The notes under the pieces: generated by a model
Database searches by the model: none
Told to the model about the DNA's origin: nothing
What the model saw: the letters and a program-made list of their open reading frames with translations, nothing else
Translations under genes and position numbers: made by a program
Origin: Halanaerobiales bacterium
Lineage (GTDB): Bacteria > Bacillota > Halanaerobiia > Halanaerobiales > M55B127
Assembly: GCA_018399995.1 (NCBI GenBank)
Contig: JAGYMU010000001.1
Location: 152-64,151, forward strand
Direction: 5' to 3'
DNA: 64,000 bases
Part shown: positions 19,373 to 30,046 of the stretch, piece after piece
Numbering within the stretch: the stretch's first letter is position 1
How the letters are laid out: each line of letters begins with the position of its first letter

Positions 19373-22300
19373 TCAAGAATTAGAGAAGAGAGATAACTGA
19401 TTTCTATCTGGAATTCCCTCTAATGAACCATGCTCTTTCATGTTTTCAATTACAGTCTTACTCAAACGTGTTCTATTTGTTAAATCTTCTATTGAGATAA
19501 ATTCTCCCTTTTGCCTGGCTTGTATTATGCTTTCTGCAGCACTTGACCCCAGCCCATCCAAACAGATTAATGGGGGCACGAGTTTATCATTTACCTCAAT
19601 GAATTTATCCATCTTGGATTTATATAAGTCCACTCTTCCGAATTCAATACCTCTATACATTGCTTCTTTAACCACCTTTAAAATAGTTGATGTTTCTTTT
19701 TCTTTTGAACTCAGCTTATCCTGCTTTTTTAATTTTTTAAGATAGTCTTCTACATATTCTATACCTTTATCAACAATCTGAGCATCAAAAGAACCGGCCT
19801 TTGTTGTAAAATATGTCATATAAAAGGCAGTTGGATAATGAACTTTAAAAAATGCAATGCGGTAAGCCATCATTACATAGGCTGCTGCATGGGCCTTGGG
19901 AAACATATACTTAATTTTTTTACATGATTTTATATACCACTCAGGTATATTATTTTCTTTCATCATCTTTTCTTCCTGTTGGTTTAAGCCCTTACCCTTT
20001 CTAACATGTTCCATGATATGAAAGGCATCTGCCGGTTTTAGTCCCATTTCGACTAAGTAATTCATTATATCATCTCTTACAGAAATCACCTCTGAAAGAT
20101 CTGCCTTTTTACTTTTGATCAGCTGACGGGCATTGTTCAGCCAAACATCTGTTCCATGAGACAATCCACTGATGCGAAGCAGTTCAGCAAAGCTCTTGGG
20201 TTCTGTTTCAATTAGCATTTGTCTGACAAAACTGGTTCCAAATTCGGGAATACCATAGGTTCCCACTGCTGAATTGATTTGATCTTTATTTAAATTCAAA
20301 CTTTCAATCGATGAAAATATCTGCATGGTTTTTTCATCATCAAGGGCAATAGATTCCGGATCTACCCCGGTTAAATCCTGCAGCATTCTAAGTGAGGTGG
20401 GATCATCATGACCTAAAAGATCTAGTTTTAAAATCCTTCCACTTATTGAATGGTAATCAAAATGGGTGGTTCTAACTCTCGTATTTTGATCATTGGCCGG
20501 ATGCTGTATTGGCGTAAAATCATAAACATCCATTTCTTTTGGAACAACCATCAATCCACCCGGATGCTGCCCGGTAGTTTTCTTGACACCTGCACAACCA
20601 TCTACCAGACGATTTATCTCTGCTCTTTTAACATCTATACCATTATCATCAAGATAATTTTTAACGAAACCAAAGGCAGTTCTACTAGCAATTGTTGAAA
20701 TAGTTCCCGCCCTAAAAACATAATCACGTCCAAAATATTTTTCTGTAACTTCATGAATCTTATTTTGATATTCGCCGGAAAAATTTAAATCAATATCAGG
20801 TACCTTATCTCCCTCAAATCCCATAAAAACTTCAAAAGGAATATCAAAACCATCCTTTTCATAATCTGTATCACATTTAGGACATTTCTTGTCTGGCAGA
20901 TCGATACCTGTACTGTATTTTTTATCAGTAATTATTTCTACATTTTTACATTGGGGACAGCGATAATGAGGTGGAAGAGGATTCACCTCTGTAATTCCAC
21001 ACATGGTGGCAACAAGTGAAGAACCGACTGAACCCCTTGAACCAACTAAATATCCGTCTTTTAGAGATCTCTTAACAAGTTCATGTGCGATTAAATAAAT
21101 CACTGAATAACCGTTATCGATAATTGAAGTCAGTTCTTTTTTTAGACGTTTTTCGATCAATTCTATTAAATCATCCCCATAGAGATTTTTTGCTTTATTA
21201 TAAGTCATTTCCTTTATCTGCTTATCTGCCCCCTCTATTTGGGGAGTATAGATTCCTTCCGGAATCGGTTTTATATTATCTATCATCTCATATATTTTAT
21301 TAGGATTATCTATTACAATCTCTTCTGCTTTTTTATTATCAAAGTAATCAAATTCTTTTAACATTTCCTCAGTTGTTTTAAAATATAAAGGGGGTTGGTT
21401 ATCATAATCACCATAACCCTGGCCGGCCTGCAGTATTTTACGATAAATCTCATCTTCAGGATTAAGAAAATGCACATCACCAGTGCCTACAACCAACTTA
21501 TCATTCTCTTTACCAAGTTCATATATTCTTTTGTTAATCTCTTTTAAGACCTCTTTATTATCTACTTGATCAGGTATCAAAAATTGATTATTGGCCAGAG
21601 GCTGAATTTCTAAAAAATCATAAAATTCTACAACCTCTTCGATCTCAGCTCTACTCCTATTATTTAACAGATATTTAAAAAGCTGGCCTGATTCACAGGC
21701 AGAACCAATCAACAAATTATCACGTTCAGCCAGCAGTTCACTTTTTAATATTCTGGGCTGTCGGTAAAAATTATTAAGATGGGCCTGAGAAACTAATTTG
21801 TATATTGTCTTTAGACCGGCCTTGTTTTTGGCAAGGATAAGGGCATGGTAAGGATGCATTTTTTTCCAGTCAATATTTTTAGCCAATTCATTTATATCTG
21901 TGATCTTATTTATCTTCTCTGCATCTCTTTCATCCAATAACTTTAAAAATAATTTAGCAGTTGCCCGGGCATCATCCAATGCCCTGTGGTGGTTTTTCAA
22001 CTCAATATCATAGTGTTCAACAAGTGTCGATAGCTTATGTTTTTTAAGGCCAGGCAGGACTGCCCTGGCCAAACTCAAAGTATCTATCCTGGTAATTTCA
22101 TCATCTGTAAAATATTTATTCAAATCATCTCTGATAAAACCGTAATCAAAATCCATGTTATGAGCAATTAATGGCTTACCGTCAAAAAATTCAACGAAAC
22201 TCTGCAAAACCTGAGCATAATCTGGAGCATCTTCAACCATCTTGTCATCTATACCGGTTAAGGTGCTTATTTTATTCGGAATGCTGATATCAGGCTTAAC

Positions 22301-23542
22301 TAAAGAAGAGAAACTATCAACAACTTCACCCCCCCTGATTTTTACAGCCCCTATTTCTATAACCTCATTTTGTATAGGATTCAGTCCTGTTGTCTCCAAA
22401 TCGAAAACAACAAACTCTTCTTCATCAATATCACATGTAGTTGGATTAACCACAATCGGCTTTCCATTATCTATCAAATAGGCTTCTAATCCAAAAATAA
22501 TATCGACCCCATATTCTTTGCCGGCCTGATAAGCGTCTGGATATGCCTGCACAACACCATGGTCTGTTACTGTTAGGGCTTTATGGCCCCACTTTGAAGC
22601 TAGTTTTACAGCTTCTTTTATATCTACCGTAGCATCCATTGCACTCATCTGGGTATGAAGATGTAGTTCAATTCTTTTTTGAGTAGAGGTGTCCTGCCTC
22701 TTTTCTTTATAACCAATTTTATTGACAGCATTGGCTATTAAAATCAAATCATTACTGTATTTATCGTATTGAATATCTCCTCTGATTAAAACTTTCATAT
22801 CTTTTTTTAACTGCAGTCGTTCATTATTTTTTAAAAATACCTTGCAGGTTAAAGAATCATCATAATTAGTAATATGAAAGGTATGTAGATGCAAACTCTT
22901 ATTTATTTTTTTTTCATTTTGATCAAAGATTATTCCACTTGTTACCACGTTCTTTTGAGCATTTGAAATCTCTTTTAATGTAACTTTTTGATCAGTATTA
23001 TTAATTCTACGTCCATATATAATCTGTTTCTTTATTTTATCTTTAGCTTTTCTTTGCTTGTTTTTTTCGGCCTTCTTTTTTGCAAAGCTGTCTTTTAAAG
23101 ACTGATCATCTTTGAAAAAATCCCCATTTTCAACCGCAATATTCAGTTCTCTATCAAGATAAAAATATAGTCTGTTTTTTAAAAAATTAATAAAACGTGT
23201 ATTGTTAATTTTTTTAGCTGCTAATTTTGTTTCCAAAGAGATAATCAGCTGATCCTCTTTTAAAAATAACTTTGCTCTATCAAACCAGGCCTTACTGTAA
23301 GAAAATTTTTCATTTAACTCCCTGCTCAACTGTGGCCAAATCATCTTGACCTCTTGTTTTAAAGTAATCTCAAAATCATAGTTGATAGAAAAACCTGGCA
23401 GTAACTTTTTAATTTTATCCCTAAACTCGTCAACCTGACTATCATTATTTACAATAATTCTACAGCTTTTATTTTTTTTATCAACCATAATATACTTTAT
23501 TTTGTCTTTAAATTTTTCTCCGGGCTGAATTACCTCAATCAC
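19373..23542 (-). CDS. polC: DNA polymerase III alpha subunit, PolC type
   Basis: 1389 aa with a PHP domain (HLHTQMSAMDA), an inserted DnaQ-like 3'-5' exonuclease (FVVFDLETTGL and HRALDDARATAKL), a Cys4 zinc module (CPQC and CPKC) and the polymerase core. Confidence 0.97.
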   Translation of the reverse strand: MIEVIQPGEKFKDKIKYIMVDKKNKSCRIIVNNDSQVDEFRDKIKKLLPGFSINYDFEITLKQEVKMIWPQLSRELNEKFSYSKAWFDRAKLFLKEDQLIISLETKLAAKKINNTRFINFLKNRLYFYLDRELNIAVENGDFFKDDQSLKDSFAKKKAEKNKQRKAKDKIKKQIIYGRRINNTDQKVTLKEISNAQKNVVTSGIIFDQNEKKINKSLHLHTFHITNYDDSLTCKVFLKNNERLQLKKDMKVLIRGDIQYDKYSNDLILIANAVNKIGYKEKRQDTSTQKRIELHLHTQMSAMDATVDIKEAVKLASKWGHKALTVTDHGVVQAYPDAYQAGKEYGVDIIFGLEAYLIDNGKPIVVNPTTCDIDEEEFVVFDLETTGLNPIQNEVIEIGAVKIRGGEVVDSFSSLVKPDISIPNKISTLTGIDDKMVEDAPDYAQVLQSFVEFFDGKPLIAHNMDFDYGFIRDDLNKYFTDDEITRIDTLSLARAVLPGLKKHKLSTLVEHYDIELKNHHRALDDARATAKLFLKLLDERDAEKINKITDINELAKNIDWKKMHPYHALILAKNKAGLKTIYKLVSQAHLNNFYRQPRILKSELLAERDNLLIGSACESGQLFKYLLNNRSRAEIEEVVEFYDFLEIQPLANNQFLIPDQVDNKEVLKEINKRIYELGKENDKLVVGTGDVHFLNPEDEIYRKILQAGQGYGDYDNQPPLYFKTTEEMLKEFDYFDNKKAEEIVIDNPNKIYEMIDNIKPIPEGIYTPQIEGADKQIKEMTYNKAKNLYGDDLIELIEKRLKKELTSIIDNGYSVIYLIAHELVKRSLKDGYLVGSRGSVGSSLVATMCGITEVNPLPPHYRCPQCKNVEIITDKKYSTGIDLPDKKCPKCDTDYEKDGFDIPFEVFMGFEGDKVPDIDLNFSGEYQNKIHEVTEKYFGRDYVFRAGTISTIASRTAFGFVKNYLDDNGIDVKRAEINRLVDGCAGVKKTTGQHPGGLMVVPKEMDVYDFTPIQHPANDQNTRVRTTHFDYHSISGRILKLDLLGHDDPTSLRMLQDLTGVDPESIALDDEKTMQIFSSIESLNLNKDQINSAVGTYGIPEFGTSFVRQMLIETEPKSFAELLRISGLSHGTDVWLNNARQLIKSKKADLSEVISVRDDIMNYLVEMGLKPADAFHIMEHVRKGKGLNQQEEKMMKENNIPEWYIKSCKKIKYMFPKAHAAAYVMMAYRIAFFKVHYPTAFYMTYFTTKAGSFDAQIVDKGIEYVEDYLKKLKKQDKLSSKEKETSTILKVVKEAMYRGIEFGRVDLYKSKMDKFIEVNDKLVPPLICLDGLGSSAAESIIQARQKGEFISIEDLTNRTRLSKTVIENMKEHGSLEGIPDRNQLSLFSNS

Positions 23543-23566
23543 TTGATCCCTCCTAAAGCATACAAC

Positions 23567-24208
23567 TTATTTATCTGTAATATTACTAAAAATCGTTTTT
23601 AGAATGTCTAAATACATCTTACTCCTGGCTTTAACACCCTTGATAAATCCTATCTTCTCTTCTTTCATTACATGTGTTAAATTTTTTAAATCAACCTTTT
23701 TCACCCTCTTATTATCTTTAAAATGCTTATTTAAAGCAACTTCCACCCCAAAACCTCGATCTGCCAGATTTTTAACCTTAAGGAGTTCTGACATTTTTAT
23801 AGCCCTCTGCCCAGATAGTTTTGGTGAGACAATCTGAGCTAAATCAGTAAGGCCTCTACCGTTTTTAAAAACCCCTATTGTCATATCTGCTTCATCTGAA
23901 ATGAGGGGATTAATCAGCTTATAAATGTGTTGCTTATTTAAACCTATTAAATCTCCATCCAATAAAACTATAATATCTGTTTCAATTTCTGATATTCCTT
24001 TTTGTAAGGCAGCCCCTTTACCTTTATTTACATCAAGTTTATATATACGAGTTTTCCTTTTATCAGCTTCACGATAGGTGTTATCCTGAGAACCATCATC
24101 AACTACTATGACTTCATCGATTAAAGATATGCTATTTAAAACATCAATAATATCACCAATGGTTTTTTCTTCATTATAAGCGGGTATCAAGGCCTTTATT
24201 ATCATCAA
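23567..24208 (-). CDS. Small soluble family-2 glycosyltransferase
   Basis: 213 aa with IPAYNEEKTIGDII, VVDDGSQDNT and a DxD motif (LLDGDL). No transmembrane segment is evident. Confidence 0.8.
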   Translation of the reverse strand: MMIIKALIPAYNEEKTIGDIIDVLNSISLIDEVIVVDDGSQDNTYREADKRKTRIYKLDVNKGKGAALQKGISEIETDIIVLLDGDLIGLNKQHIYKLINPLISDEADMTIGVFKNGRGLTDLAQIVSPKLSGQRAIKMSELLKVKNLADRGFGVEVALNKHFKDNKRVKKVDLKNLTHVMKEEKIGFIKGVKARSKMYLDILKTIFSNITDK

Positions 24209-24219
24209 AACACTCCCCT

Positions 24220-25929
24220 TTATTTTAATTCAGAGAGAAACTTTTTTATTTCAACTTCGTAATTGTCTAGAGAAATTTCATAATCCTGACCGGTCTGTCT
24301 GTTATGCAACTCTATCACATTATTTTGTAGTGAGCGGCTGCCTAATGTAATCCGCAGTGGGATCCCAATTAAATCAGCATCATTGAACTTAACTCCCGCT
24401 CTTTTTGATCTATCATCTATAAGCACCTCAACATCCATTTTTTGAAAACGTTCATAGATATTTTGAGCTGTTTTTTGAACTTCCTCATTGTTACCTAAAG
24501 GAAGAATTATTATCTGATAAGGTGCGATAGATTTGGGCCAAATAATGCCATTTTGATCATTACTCTGTTCTATAGCAGCAGCAACAATGCGAGTTACACC
24601 AATCCCATAACTACCCATAACTACCGGCTGTTCTCGACCGTTTTCATCAAGATATGTTGCTCCCATACTCTCACTATATTTTGTGCCCAGTTTAAAGATA
24701 TGACCTAATTCTATACCTGATTTTATTTTTAGATGTCCTTTATCACACTTAGGACAGTGGTCCCCATTTTGTACTGTTCTTAAATCTTGATAATCATCTA
24801 CAGTAAAATCTTTACCTGGATTTATATTCCCATAATGTTTATCAACTATATTTGCTCCGCAGACCGCATTTCTTAAATATTTTACTCTCCAATCAGCAAT
24901 TATTGGATATCCTTCAATTCCAAGTGGTCCAATAAAACCGGCTTTTACATTAAATACTTCAAAAATATCTTCTTCTTCAGCTGGTTCTATGGTTGTCGCT
25001 TGCAAAAAGTTAGCCAGTTTAACTTCATTTAATTGATCATCACCTCTAACTAAAACCACAACCAGCTGATCATCGGCCTTCATCAACATGGTCTTGATCA
25101 TTTGTGAACCATCTATATTTAGAAAATTTTCCAGTCCTTGTATGGTTTTGATATCAGGTGTATCAATTAGCTTTTTTTCCATTATATCTTGACTTACAGT
25201 CTGTTTTGCAAGATAGGAACCCGCCAATTCAGTATTAGCAGCATAATCACAGCTGTCACAGAGTGCTATATCATCCTCACCTGCCTCAGCAATTAATACA
25301 AATTCATGTGAATCTTTTCCGCCCATCGCCCCTGAATCGGCTTCTACTATATGTGTTTTTAAACCCAAGCGGTCAAATATCTTCACATAGGCATCATACA
25401 TTTCCTGGTAGCTTTTATCCAAGCCTGAATAATCTTCATCCATACTGTAGGCATCTTTCATAATAAATTCTCTGCTCCTCATCACTCCAAAACGAGGCCT
25501 GATTTCATCACGTACCTTGGTTTGAATTTGATATAGGTTTAAAGGTAAATCCTTATATGATCTCAGTTCATCTTTGATTAAATCAGTGATTACCTCTTCA
25601 TGTGTGGGACCCAGACAGTATTCATGTTCTTTTCTATCTTTAAATCTGATCATGATTGGGCCAAACTTTTCCCAGCGGTTAGAATCCTGCCAGATCTTGG
25701 AGGTCTGCATTACAGGCAGCAGAACTTCCTGAGAAGATGTTTTGTCCATCTCTTCTCTAATAATGTTCTCTATCTTTTTTATAACTTTATAGCCCAGGGG
25801 TAAATAAGAAAAGATACCGGGACTTAATTTCCTCATTAAACCTGCTCTTAACATCAGCTGATGACTTTTTATTTCAGCTTCTGCAGGTATTTCTTTTAAT
25901 GTTGGTAGATATAATTTTGACATGCGCAT
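24220..25929 (-). CDS. proS: Proline--tRNA ligase (bacterial type with INS editing domain)
   Basis: 569 aa with class II motifs (FRDEIRPRFGVMRSREFIMKDAYS and GSYGIGVTRIVAA) and an insertion domain in the middle. Confidence 0.96.
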   Translation of the reverse strand: MRMSKLYLPTLKEIPAEAEIKSHQLMLRAGLMRKLSPGIFSYLPLGYKVIKKIENIIREEMDKTSSQEVLLPVMQTSKIWQDSNRWEKFGPIMIRFKDRKEHEYCLGPTHEEVITDLIKDELRSYKDLPLNLYQIQTKVRDEIRPRFGVMRSREFIMKDAYSMDEDYSGLDKSYQEMYDAYVKIFDRLGLKTHIVEADSGAMGGKDSHEFVLIAEAGEDDIALCDSCDYAANTELAGSYLAKQTVSQDIMEKKLIDTPDIKTIQGLENFLNIDGSQMIKTMLMKADDQLVVVLVRGDDQLNEVKLANFLQATTIEPAEEEDIFEVFNVKAGFIGPLGIEGYPIIADWRVKYLRNAVCGANIVDKHYGNINPGKDFTVDDYQDLRTVQNGDHCPKCDKGHLKIKSGIELGHIFKLGTKYSESMGATYLDENGREQPVVMGSYGIGVTRIVAAAIEQSNDQNGIIWPKSIAPYQIIILPLGNNEEVQKTAQNIYERFQKMDVEVLIDDRSKRAGVKFNDADLIGIPLRITLGSRSLQNNVIELHNRQTGQDYEISLDNYEVEIKKFLSELK

Positions 25930-25931
25930 TC

Positions 25932-27005
25932 TTACTCACTCCTAATTTTTTTTATTTCTTCTATCAAGGTTTCAACAATCTCTTCTTCCCTAACTTTTTT
26001 AATAACTTTACCTTTTTTAAATAGCAGTCCATTATGTTTGCCACAGGCTATCCCTAAATCTACTTCGCGAGCCTCTCCCGGCCCATTAACAGCACAACCC
26101 ATTACAGCAACACTTAGACCTTCCTTAAAATATTTATCAAATTTTTTTATTCTTCTTTTTACCTCAACTGTAATTTTCTCTAAATCAACCTCTGTCCTTC
26201 CACAGGTCGGACAGGATATTACTGTAATCCCTCTGTTTCTTAACTTTAGGTTTTTCAATATCTGATAGGCAGTAACCACTTCCTGTATCGGATCTCCGGT
26301 CAGAGAAACACGCAGCGTATCTCCATAACCACTACTTAATAAAAGGGCTAGACCTATCGATGATTTTATTATACCTTCTCGTCCACTACCAGCCTCTGTT
26401 ATTCCGATATGAAAGGGGTAATCAACCTTATCACCCAATATCTCATGGGCCTTTATGGTCATCAGTACATCGGTTGATTTCATTGAAATAATAGTATTAT
26501 AGAAATTCAACTCTTCCAGTATTTCAACGTGTTTTAATGCGCTTTCCACCATGGCTTCTGCCGTTGGTCTGCCGTATTTATTTAAAATATCTCTTTCAAT
26601 AGAACCGGAATTAACACCTATTCTAATCGGTATTTGCTTGGCTTGACAGGCTTTAACCACCTGTTTTATCTCTTTTTTTGAACCAATATTACCGGGGTTT
26701 ATTCTTAACCCATCAACCCCCTGTTCAACTGCTTTTAAAGCAAGGGTATAATCAAAATGTATATCAGCTATTAGGGGTATATTAATCTTGTTTTTGATTT
26801 GTCTTAAAGCTAATGCAGCCTCTTTATCAGGCACAGCTGTCCTGATAATCTCACAGCCTGCCCGTTCAAGATCCTTGATTTGATTAACGGTTTTATCGAT
26901 TTGGTCTGTCTTTGTATTGGTCATAGACTGTACTGTTATGGGGTGCTCACTACCCACCCCCACATCCTGATAGAAGATGCTTCTCGTAGCTCTTCTTTTT
27001 ATCAT
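25932..27005 (-). CDS. ispG: 4-hydroxy-3-methylbut-2-en-1-yl diphosphate synthase (MEP pathway)
   Basis: 357 aa with VQSMTNT, LRINPGNIG, and the cluster cysteines in SCPTCGRT and GCAVNGPGEA. Confidence 0.95.
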   Translation of the reverse strand: MIKRRATRSIFYQDVGVGSEHPITVQSMTNTKTDQIDKTVNQIKDLERAGCEIIRTAVPDKEAALALRQIKNKINIPLIADIHFDYTLALKAVEQGVDGLRINPGNIGSKKEIKQVVKACQAKQIPIRIGVNSGSIERDILNKYGRPTAEAMVESALKHVEILEELNFYNTIISMKSTDVLMTIKAHEILGDKVDYPFHIGITEAGSGREGIIKSSIGLALLLSSGYGDTLRVSLTGDPIQEVVTAYQILKNLKLRNRGITVISCPTCGRTEVDLEKITVEVKRRIKKFDKYFKEGLSVAVMGCAVNGPGEAREVDLGIACGKHNGLLFKKGKVIKKVREEEIVETLIEEIKKIRSE

Positions 27006-27017
27006 TTCGATACCCCT

Positions 27018-28100
27018 TTAAAAGAAGTTTTTAACAATATCATTATATATTATAAACACCATTAAAATCATCAGTAAGATAAAACCGATCAGATGAACAA
27101 ATCCTTCTTTTTGTGGATCGACCGGTTTACCCCTAAACAGTTCAATTATTATAAAGAAAATCCTTCCTCCATCTAAGGCGGGTAAAGGAAGCAAATTTAT
27201 AATACCGAGATTAATCGAGATTATGGCCATCCAGTTCATCACATTTATAATTCCATTGCGGGCGGCCTGACCTATAATAGAAGCAATCATAACCGGTCCT
27301 CCTATCCCCTCCATAGAACGGCTTGAAATAATCTGGATAAAGCCTTTTATGGTCAAAGTAAAGACCTGCCAGCTCTGTACGACCGATAACCGACTGGCTT
27401 TAAAAAATCCAATGTTCTCTCTAACAACCTGAGGATAAATGCCAATTACATTAATATCCATCTGTTCATCATACTGGGGGGTTATTTTAAATTGCAGCCT
27501 TTCGCCCTTCCTATTTACAACGATATCAAGCGGCTCTTTTTGAGAATTATGAATCTTTTCAGCCATTGACTCCCAGCTATTTATCTGTACATTTTCAATT
27601 TCAACTATCTCATCTCCAGGACGAAGCCCTGCTTCTGCAGCGGGCATACTTGGATCTAATTCACCAATAATCGGTTGATCTAAAGTGGAGGTTGGCAGTC
27701 CGGCAAAGTTAAAGATCAAAAAGAAAATCAGTACTGCCAGAGCGAAGTTCATAAATGGGCCCATAAATATTACAGCAAACCTCTTTAAAATTGACTTTTG
27801 GTGAAAACAACGTCCATTTTTTAATGCTTCATTATATATTTTGAGATCTTCACTGTCATCATCTTCATCTGGTATGAATTCACCTGTCATATTACAGAAA
27901 CCACCTAAGGGGATTATCCGAATTGAATAAACGGTCTCTCCCCACTGTTTTGAAATCAATTTAGGTCCAAACCCCAGGGCAAATTCTTCTACCCTGATGT
28001 CACTTAGTTTTGCTGTAATATAATGTCCAAATTCATGTATAAAAATCAATATTCCCAGTACAACAATAAAACTGAGAATTGTGGTTAACATATTATACAA
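27018..28100 (-). CDS. rseP: RIP (site-2) zinc metalloprotease RseP/RasP
   Basis: HEFGHY zinc motif, an internal PDZ domain (AAEAGLRPGDEIVEI) and NLLPLPALDGG. Confidence 0.9.
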   Translation of the reverse strand: MYNMLTTILSFIVVLGILIFIHEFGHYITAKLSDIRVEEFALGFGPKLISKQWGETVYSIRIIPLGGFCNMTGEFIPDEDDDSEDLKIYNEALKNGRCFHQKSILKRFAVIFMGPFMNFALAVLIFFLIFNFAGLPTSTLDQPIIGELDPSMPAAEAGLRPGDEIVEIENVQINSWESMAEKIHNSQKEPLDIVVNRKGERLQFKITPQYDEQMDINVIGIYPQVVRENIGFFKASRLSVVQSWQVFTLTIKGFIQIISSRSMEGIGGPVMIASIIGQAARNGIINVMNWMAIISINLGIINLLPLPALDGGRIFFIIIELFRGKPVDPQKEGFVHLIGFILLMILMVFIIYNDIVKNFF

Positions 28101-29247
28101 CCTCCTCTACATATTCCCTGGTCCAGCTATCTATCTCAATTATTGTTTCAATATCTGGTTTTTTTATGTGTCTGTGGGAATTTAATGCTTTTTTAATAAT
28201 CTTTGGAATTTCTAAAAATTCAATTTTTTCTTCTAAGAATTTAGCTACAGCCACTTCATTAGCGGCATTTAATACAACAGGAAAACTGCCCCCTTTGCGA
28301 CCTGCCTGATAAGCCAGCTGGAGACATTCAAATTTTTTATAATCAGGTTCAAAGAATTCTAATTTGGCCTGTTTTATTAAATTAAGTTTCTGCCCGATCC
28401 CCTCCTTTACGCGGGGATATTCCAATACATATTGAATGGGCATCTTCATGTCTGGTAAACTCATCTCTGCATATATAGAATGATCGATTAACTCGATCAT
28501 GGAATGTATTATGCTCTGAGGGTGAATCACAACATCTATTTTATCATAATCAATATCAAATAACCAATGTGCTTCTATAACTTCTAATCCCTTATTCATC
28601 ATAGTCGCTGAATCAATAGTTATCTTATTGCCCATTTCCCAGTTGGGGTGATTAAGAGCATCTTTTATACTTACTTTCTTTAAATCATGATAACTTTTAT
28701 GACAGAACGGTCCCCCGGAAGCTGTTAATATTATATTTTTTAATTCTTTTTTTTCATGAGCCTTCAGTAGTCTAAATATGGCATTGTGTTCACTGTCTAT
28801 CGGTAATAGGATATCTTCCCCTTTATTATATTCTTTTAAGCGTTCTTGTACTAAATGACCACCTATAACAAGGCTCTCCTTATTAGCCAGACCTAATTTA
28901 ACACCCTTATTAAGGGTATTTAATGTAGGAATCAGACCAACGGCCCCCACCAGTCCATTAATTACTAAATCTATATTATCTAATTTGACAATCTCATTAA
29001 GCTCTTTTGTTCCGCTTAAGACTTTAATTTTTTGATCTTGTAGATTTAGTCTGACCTGTTCTGCACTTTTTGGATCTGTCATTACCACATAACCAGGCTT
29101 ATATTTTAAAGCCTGCTCTGTAATTTTATCTACACTTTTATTTGCCGTTAATACTTCGATATTCCAATTATCATCTATAAAATCTATAACCTCAAGAACC
29201 TGGGATCCAATCGAACCGGTTGAACCCAATAAAATTAAATTATTCAT
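28093..29247 (-). CDS. dxr: 1-deoxy-D-xylulose 5-phosphate reductoisomerase
   Basis: 384 aa with LGSTGSIGSQ, LANKESLV, PIDSEHNAIF and HPNWEMG. Confidence 0.95.
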   Translation of the reverse strand: MNNLILLGSTGSIGSQVLEVIDFIDDNWNIEVLTANKSVDKITEQALKYKPGYVVMTDPKSAEQVRLNLQDQKIKVLSGTKELNEIVKLDNIDLVINGLVGAVGLIPTLNTLNKGVKLGLANKESLVIGGHLVQERLKEYNKGEDILLPIDSEHNAIFRLLKAHEKKELKNIILTASGGPFCHKSYHDLKKVSIKDALNHPNWEMGNKITIDSATMMNKGLEVIEAHWLFDIDYDKIDVVIHPQSIIHSMIELIDHSIYAEMSLPDMKMPIQYVLEYPRVKEGIGQKLNLIKQAKLEFFEPDYKKFECLQLAYQAGRKGGSFPVVLNAANEVAVAKFLEEKIEFLEIPKIIKKALNSHRHIKKPDIETIIEIDSWTREYVEEVV

Positions 29248-29260
29248 AACCTAATACCTC

Positions 29261-30046
29261 CTAATTTAAAAGCAAACTCAAATAGAAATATGTGAAAGGT
29301 ATTGTGAAAAAGAGACTATCAAAACGATCCAATATACCCCCATGTCCAGGTATTAAATCACCAGAATCCTTAACATCAACTGCCCTTTTAATAGCTGATT
29401 CAAATAAATCTCCCGCCACTGCGATCATCGGCAGCAAAATACCATAGATTATCCAGATACCAGAAAAAATGTCTAGAAATAAAGTGATTGCGATTATAAA
29501 CAAAAAGGAAGTCACAATACCTCCCAGGGCACCTTCTATGGTTTTATTAGGGCTGATTTTTGGGGCCAGTTTCTTTTTACCATAGTATTTTCCCACAAAA
29601 AATGCTGCTACATCTGTCAGCCAGGTACCGATTAAAGCAATCCATAAAGCGAATTGTAAATCTAAATTTCTTAAATATATAAAATAAATAAGTCCAAAAA
29701 CTATATAAATAACTGCGAAAATATTAATTGAAATATTTTGTAAAATATTTTTCAGATCATCTTTTTGGTAATTTTCATAGAAAAAGATTAGCAGAATTAA
29801 TATAAAAAAGTACTCTAAATGAAAGTCATATTGGTATATTAAATTTAAATAAGAAACCACCAAAAAAAGCATACCGCTCAATATCAAAGAAAATGAACTA
29901 TTCGTTTGTGTTATCTGGCTGAATTCTTTTAATGCTAAGATTGTGATAAGAGAAATAAATATAAAAAAAGGAAAGTTACCCCAATAAATAGCCAGTATAA
30001 AGATTAATACACCCAAAGTACCACTTATTATCCTTTTCAATAACAT
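29261..30046 (-). CDS. cdsA: Phosphatidate cytidylyltransferase
   Basis: Polytopic 261 aa protein with the signature SAIKRAVDVKDSGDLIPGHGGILDRFDS. Confidence 0.9.
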   Translation of the reverse strand: MLLKRIISGTLGVLIFILAIYWGNFPFFIFISLITILALKEFSQITQTNSSFSLILSGMLFLVVSYLNLIYQYDFHLEYFFILILLIFFYENYQKDDLKNILQNISINIFAVIYIVFGLIYFIYLRNLDLQFALWIALIGTWLTDVAAFFVGKYYGKKKLAPKISPNKTIEGALGGIVTSFLFIIAITLFLDIFSGIWIIYGILLPMIAVAGDLFESAIKRAVDVKDSGDLIPGHGGILDRFDSLFFTIPFTYFYLSLLLN

